This document shows positions 27,751 to 32,000 of a DNA stretch of 32,000 nucleotides, piece after piece (the stretch's first letter is position 1; the number at the start of each line of letters is the position of its first letter). The position numbers were made by a program, and so were the translations under genes. Location: positions 1,320,001-1,352,000 of the forward strand of contig NZ_CP047931.1 of the NCBI RefSeq assembly GCF_014280175.1, in the 5' to 3' direction. The notes beneath the pieces were generated by a model. It made no database searches and was not told the origin of the DNA. It worked only from the letters and a program-made list of their open reading frames with translations. This stretch comes from Synechococcus sp. A15-28. GTDB taxonomy: Bacteria; Cyanobacteriota; Cyanobacteriia; PCC-6307; Cyanobiaceae.

Positions 27751-27831
27751 AACGTCATCATCTGAATGCCGAATCTACGCACGTTGCTCGGAACAGTCCG
27801 CTTTAAATGAATCAGCAGACACCATGCATTG

Positions 27832-28962
27832 ATGCCGCCTTCGCTGCGTCTGATCGGGTTCACCCTGATCGCCACCGGCCTGAGCTCCTGCAGCCTGCTC
27901 AGAAATCTGAGCGGAGGATCGGAAGCACCCAAGGTGGCACCACCGCCTGTGGTGCACGATCAGCCGCGTTCCGCCCCCCTGCAGCCCGGTCAGAACGTGA
28001 TCGTCAAAGCCGTCGAGCGGGTCGGGCCTTCGGTGGTGCGGATCGACACGGAGAAAAACATCAACAACCCGATGGGTCAGCTGTTCGGCCTTGGCCCTTC
28101 CACCCAGCGACAGCAGGGCCAGGGATCGGGATTCATCACCCGAGCCAACGGCCTGATCTTCACCAACGAGCATGTGGTGCGCGGAGCGGATCGGGTCAAT
28201 GTGACCCTGCCCGACGGGCGCCGTTTCCAAGGCACGGTCCTGGGCGGCGATCCACTGACGGATGTGGCCGTCGTGAAGGTGGTGGCTGAAAATCTGCCGG
28301 TGGCGAGCCTCGGCAATTCCGACCAGCTGCGGCCAGGGGAATGGGCCATCGCCATCGGGAATCCCTTCGGCCTGAACAACACCGTCACCGCCGGCATCAT
28401 CAGTGCCGTCGATCGGACCGATGCAAACATCGGCGAAGGGCAGCGGGTGCCCTACATCCAGACAGACGCCGCCGTCAATCCCGGCAACAGCGGGGGACCC
28501 CTGATCAGCGCCGCCGGTGAGGTGATCGGCATGAACACGGCCATCCGCAAGGCCCCAGGGGCTGGGCTGAGCTTCGCGGTGCCCATCAACCTCGCCAAAC
28601 GGATCGCTCAGCAGATCGTCAGCACCGGGCAGGCCTCCCATCCCTTCATCGGTGTGCAGCTGCGCAGCCTCACGCCTCAACTGGCGCGGGAGATCAACGC
28701 CACCAGCACCCGCTGCACCGTGCCCGTTGTGAACGGTGTTCTGGTGGTGGATGTGGTCCCCGACACCCCGGCTGAAGCCGCAGGGATCCGCCAATGCGAT
28801 CTGATCCGGGCCGTGAATGGAACCACCGTGGAGAACCCTTCGGAAGTGCAACTGGCCGTGGACCGGGGCAGCGTGGGACAACCGATGCAGATCACGATCG
28901 AACGCAACGGACTGGAGCAAAGCCTGGAGGTTCTGCCCAAGGAACTGCCGCGGCGGCGTTGA
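27832..28962 (+). CDS. HtrA/DegP-family serine protease, predicted lipoprotein
   Basis: Lipobox LSSC, catalytic TNEHVV / LTDVAV / GNSGGPL, and one C-terminal PDZ domain. Confidence 0.93.
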   Translation: MPPSLRLIGFTLIATGLSSCSLLRNLSGGSEAPKVAPPPVVHDQPRSAPLQPGQNVIVKAVERVGPSVVRIDTEKNINNPMGQLFGLGPSTQRQQGQGSGFITRANGLIFTNEHVVRGADRVNVTLPDGRRFQGTVLGGDPLTDVAVVKVVAENLPVASLGNSDQLRPGEWAIAIGNPFGLNNTVTAGIISAVDRTDANIGEGQRVPYIQTDAAVNPGNSGGPLISAAGEVIGMNTAIRKAPGAGLSFAVPINLAKRIAQQIVSTGQASHPFIGVQLRSLTPQLAREINATSTRCTVPVVNGVLVVDVVPDTPAEAAGIRQCDLIRAVNGTTVENPSEVQLAVDRGSVGQPMQITIERNGLEQSLEVLPKELPRRR

Positions 28963-28963
28963 G

Positions 28964-29623
28964 GTGGTCCCATCTGCCGCCCTGGTGCTGATGGCCCGCT
29001 GGCCAGCGCCAGGGCGCTGCAAACGGCGGCTGGCGGCAGACCTGCACTCGGAGCTGGGGCTCAACAACGGCGATGAACGCAGTGCCCGCCTGCAAGCCCG
29101 CCTCACGGATCACACCTTCGCGGTGGCCCGAGCCCTGCATCGACAGGCAGATGTCACCCCTGTGTTGGCCGTCAGCGGACTGGGTCCCGGCCATGCCAGG
29201 CGGTGGGGACGGCAACAGGGCATTGACACAGTCCGCCTGCAGGGCGAGGGCAACCTCGGAACGCGGATCAGACGACAACTGCTGCCCCTGCGTCGTCACC
29301 GCATGCCTGTACTTGTGGTGGGCAGCGACCTGCCTGACGTCCATCAACGTGACCTGCTGATGGCATTGGAGAACCTTCAAAGCCATGACCTCGTGCTGGG
29401 GCCCGCCGCTGATGGGGGCTACTGGTTGATCGCTCTGTCAGCGGACCTGATGCAGACCCCAGCGCGATGGCCGCTGGCCGGCATCCCCTGGGGCAGCGAC
29501 GACGTGTGTCGCTCCACGCTGGAATACGCCCATCATTTCAACCTCTCCGTGGCCCTGCTGCATCAGCAGCAGGATCTCGATCACCTGCGTGACCTCAACC
29601 GATGGCAGGGCTGTCGATCCTGA
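28964..29623 (+). CDS. DUF2064 / TIGR04282-type glycosyltransferase-like protein
   Basis: LVLMARWPAPGRCKRRLAADL, VLVVGSDLPDVHQRDLLMAL, LVLGPAADGGYWLIAL. Probable GTG start 1 nt after the htrA-like stop. Confidence 0.85.
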   Translation: MVPSAALVLMARWPAPGRCKRRLAADLHSELGLNNGDERSARLQARLTDHTFAVARALHRQADVTPVLAVSGLGPGHARRWGRQQGIDTVRLQGEGNLGTRIRRQLLPLRRHRMPVLVVGSDLPDVHQRDLLMALENLQSHDLVLGPAADGGYWLIALSADLMQTPARWPLAGIPWGSDDVCRSTLEYAHHFNLSVALLHQQQDLDHLRDLNRWQGCRS

Positions 29624-30288
29624 TCCCAACGCTGAACGAAGGGCGTCGGCTTCCATTGCTGCTGGCCGATCTGGCCCGCTGGCCCCATGGGCTCCAGGTG
29701 ATTGTCATCGATGGAGGCAGCCAGGATCAAACGACAGCTGTGGCCGACCTGGCCGGCGTCAAGACACTGACCAGCCCTGAACGGGGGCGGGGGCAGCAAC
29801 TGATCCATGGGATGGCCGCTGCCCGCCATGACTGGACCCTGGTGCTCCATGCCGACAGCCGCCTGCCGCACCGCTGGTGCAGCGCTGTCCAACGGGTGAT
29901 CGATCACCCCCATGCAGCCAGCGATGCCTGGTACTTCGACTTCCGGGTGGAAGCCCGGGGGCCGATGCTGTGGCTGCTGGAGCGCTGCGTCGCCCTGCGC
30001 AGTGGACTGGGTCAGCGGCCCTACGGCGACCAGGGACTGCTGATCCACCGCACGCTCTACACAGCCAGCTGTGGTTACCGGCCGATCCCGTTGATGGAGG
30101 ATCTGGACCTGGTGGAGCGGATTGCACGCACCCACAGGTTGAGACGACTTGGCTGCCCATTGGTCACCAGCAACCGCCGCTGGCAGGAGCAGGGGGTGAT
30201 CAGCAGGGCCTGGCACAACTGGATGCTGCGACGCCGTTGGTACCAAGGCATTGCCGCTGATCAACTGGCTGGTGACTACAACCCCTGA
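29602..30288 (+). CDS. TIGR04283-type family 2 glycosyltransferase
   Basis: LSILIPTLNEGRRLPLLLADL, VIVIDGGSQDQT, SPERGRGQQLIHG, PYGDQGLLIHR, PLMEDLDLVERI. Overlaps the preceding gene by 22 nt. Confidence 0.9.
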   Translation: MAGLSILIPTLNEGRRLPLLLADLARWPHGLQVIVIDGGSQDQTTAVADLAGVKTLTSPERGRGQQLIHGMAAARHDWTLVLHADSRLPHRWCSAVQRVIDHPHAASDAWYFDFRVEARGPMLWLLERCVALRSGLGQRPYGDQGLLIHRTLYTASCGYRPIPLMEDLDLVERIARTHRLRRLGCPLVTSNRRWQEQGVISRAWHNWMLRRRWYQGIAADQLAGDYNP

Positions 30289-30300
30289 GCGTAACTGCGA

Positions 30301-30807
30301 TCAACTGGCGTACCAGAACGCACAGCGATGCTGCTGCGGCTCCAGCTCCCAGCCCTGGCGTTGGTAGAAATTCACCACACCTGGATCAGCGAACAGGCTC
30401 ACCCGTTCGGTGCCCATGGCCTCCAGAGCCTCCAGCACATAAACCATCAGCTGACTGCCCAGGCCACTGCCCTGGTAAAGCGGATGGACAGCCACATCCC
30501 AGACCGTGGCTTCAAACACACCGTCACCGGTGCAACGGGCAAAACCCACCAGGCGAGGAATGCGGGGATCATGCCGCCACAGGCCGACGGTGAGCAGGCT
30601 GTTGGCCAGGGCTTTGCGCACCCGGCGCACCGGCCGCCGACTCCAACCCACCGCTTCCAGCAACTGCTCCAGCTCCACCAGGTCAAAGGGGTGCCGTTGG
30701 CTGAACACCAGGGTGAGTTGATCGTTGGCACAGGAACAGAGACGTGCCTCCTCGCCGTACTGCTCGAGCAGCGGCGCTGCGGGAAGGTCGAGGGGGGAGG
30801 TCATCAC
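30301..30807 (-). CDS. GNAT-family N-acetyltransferase
   Basis: WDVAVHPLYQGSGLGSQLMVYVLEAL...VSLFADPGVVNFYQRQGWELEP. Confidence 0.9.
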   Translation of the reverse strand: MMTSPLDLPAAPLLEQYGEEARLCSCANDQLTLVFSQRHPFDLVELEQLLEAVGWSRRPVRRVRKALANSLLTVGLWRHDPRIPRLVGFARCTGDGVFEATVWDVAVHPLYQGSGLGSQLMVYVLEALEAMGTERVSLFADPGVVNFYQRQGWELEPQQHRCAFWYAS

Positions 30808-32000
30808 AGGCGCGCCAATCCCTTTTCCTGCAGATCCGCCAGCTGGGCATAGAGCCCACCTTTGGCCCTCAGCTCCCCGTGGGTGCCCTGTTCGATCAGG
30901 TGGCCACGGCGCAACACCAGAATCCGATCCGAGGCCTCCACCGTCGCCAGGCGGTGGGCGATCACCACAGCCGTGCGTTTCTGCAGCAGGCGGTCAAGAT
31001 CACGCTGCAGGGTGGCCTCGGTGGAGGGATCCATGAAAGCGGTGGCCTCATCCATCACCAGCACCGTGGGGTTGCGGATAGCGACCCGGGCGACCGCCAG
31101 CAACTGGCGTTCGCCCGAGGACAGATTTCCACCCCGTTCCCGCAACTCCGTCTCCAAACCGCTGGGCAGACGCTGCAACAGGTCGTTCAGGCCCAGATCA
31201 CGGCAGATCCCAGCCAGCTGCTGGTCGCTGATGTCGGCATTGAGCCGCAGGTTGTCGGCCACATTGCCGCTGAACAGGAAGGTGTCCTGCAGCACAACCC
31301 CCAGCTGACGGCGCAGATCAGCAATGGGGATGGAGCGGATGTCGCGTCCGTCCAGAAGAATCCGGCCCTGCTGAGGTTCGTACAACCGGCAGAGCAGACG
31401 GATCACGGTGGTTTTGCCGGATCCCGTCGGCCCGACCAAGGCCACGTGCTCGCCGGGAGCGATCCGGAAGGAGAGATTGCTCAGGATGGGCTCATCCGGC
31501 CGGTAGCTGAAGCTGACGTTTTCAAAGATCACCTCCCCCTGCCCGGCGGTGGTAAGCGGAGTGGCCTCAGGATCTTCGACGATCTCCAGGGGCTGCTCCA
31601 TCAGTTCACCGATGCGCTCCACCGCCGTCAGACCACCCTGGATCTGGGTGAAGCGTTCCGCCAGCTGCCGCAATGGATCAAACAAACGCTGCGAATAGAG
31701 GATGAAGGTGGTGAGGATTCCAAGGCCCATGGACCCCGATGTCACCATCCATCCACCCAGAGCCAGCACCAGGGCCACGGCTCCCAGGGACACCCATTCG
31801 AGAAAGGCGGAGATGCTGCTGTCGAAGAAAATGGTGCCGTTCACCGCACGCCGATAGGCGGAACCCGTGCGCTGAAAGCGCTCGCCGTTCACCGCCTCGC
31901 GCCGGAACATCTGGACCACATCCAGGCCCTGAAGGTTTTCCTGAAAGTCGGCGTTCAGCTGGGACAGCTCCTCACGAACCCGGTAATTGGCCTTGCGGTA
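30804..32000 (-). CDS. ABC transporter, fused permease/ATP-binding protein (exporter type), truncated by window edge
   Basis: HVALVGPTGSGKTTVIRLLCRLYEP, LSSGERQLLAVARVAIRNPTVLVMDEATAFMD. The frame is open to base 32000 (YRKANYRVREELSQLNADFQENLQGLDVVQMFRREAV). Confidence 0.95.
   Translation of the reverse strand, partial: YRKANYRVREELSQLNADFQENLQGLDVVQMFRREAVNGERFQRTGSAYRRAVNGTIFFDSSISAFLEWVSLGAVALVLALGGWMVTSGSMGLGILTTFILYSQRLFDPLRQLAERFTQIQGGLTAVERIGELMEQPLEIVEDPEATPLTTAGQGEVIFENVSFSYRPDEPILSNLSFRIAPGEHVALVGPTGSGKTTVIRLLCRLYEPQQGRILLDGRDIRSIPIADLRRQLGVVLQDTFLFSGNVADNLRLNADISDQQLAGICRDLGLNDLLQRLPSGLETELRERGGNLSSGERQLLAVARVAIRNPTVLVMDEATAFMDPSTEATLQRDLDRLLQKRTAVVIAHRLATVEASDRILVLRRGHLIEQGTHGELRAKGGLYAQLADLQEKGLARL

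Noticed and set aside
28817-28963. N-terminal extension of the DUF2064 protein overlapping the HtrA-like gene
   Set aside because: The first part (MEPPWRTLRKCNWPW...) has no family resemblance and overlaps the PDZ-coding region. A GTG at 28964 fits the family start.
27775-29106. 443-aa minus-strand ORF opposite the HtrA-like gene
   Set aside because: Shadow ORF of a well-supported protease gene, with no recognisable motif.
1-32000. CRISPR arrays, transposases, prophage, diversity-generating elements, or defence islands
   Set aside because: No regularly spaced repeats, terminal inverted repeats, integrase or transposase signatures, or reverse transcriptase motifs were seen on either strand.

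Overview
This GC-rich window has the gene content and order of a marine Synechococcus-type picocyanobacterial chromosome (an inference from protein families; no database was searched). It is almost fully coding. The left edge cuts clpB and the right edge cuts an ABC transporter gene. Between them are a divergent aquaporin, a QueD/PTPS-like protein, hisIE, an L,D-transpeptidase lipoprotein, a metzincin-like protease, a group 2 sigma factor, a PsiE-like protein, a Nif11-cupin fusion, a cytochrome c6-like protein, cyAbrB, trpA, ndhL, tRNA-Leu(UAA), a bicA-pyrC-thioredoxin cluster divergent from a Na+/Ca2+ exchanger, a six-gene terminal oxidase operon, a glutathione reductase, a GST, a ParB-like protein, dnaA, an HtrA protease, two paired glycosyltransferases and a GNAT. 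The strongest candidate for an under-described system is the operon at 16268-22120: two DUF2231-type membrane proteins, a subunit II with no CuA ligands, an A2-type (YSHPxVY) subunit I, subunit III, and a GMC flavoprotein whose canonical catalytic His and Asn both appear substituted. Other leads are a small secreted protein with an in-frame TGA before a plausible C-terminal tail (7689-7937), an aquaporin missing the ar/R arginine, a PTPS-like protein with HGY in place of HGH, a 107-bp antisense overlap of two coding regions, and repeated convergent gene pairs with no room for a terminator. No CRISPR array, prophage or transposon was seen.
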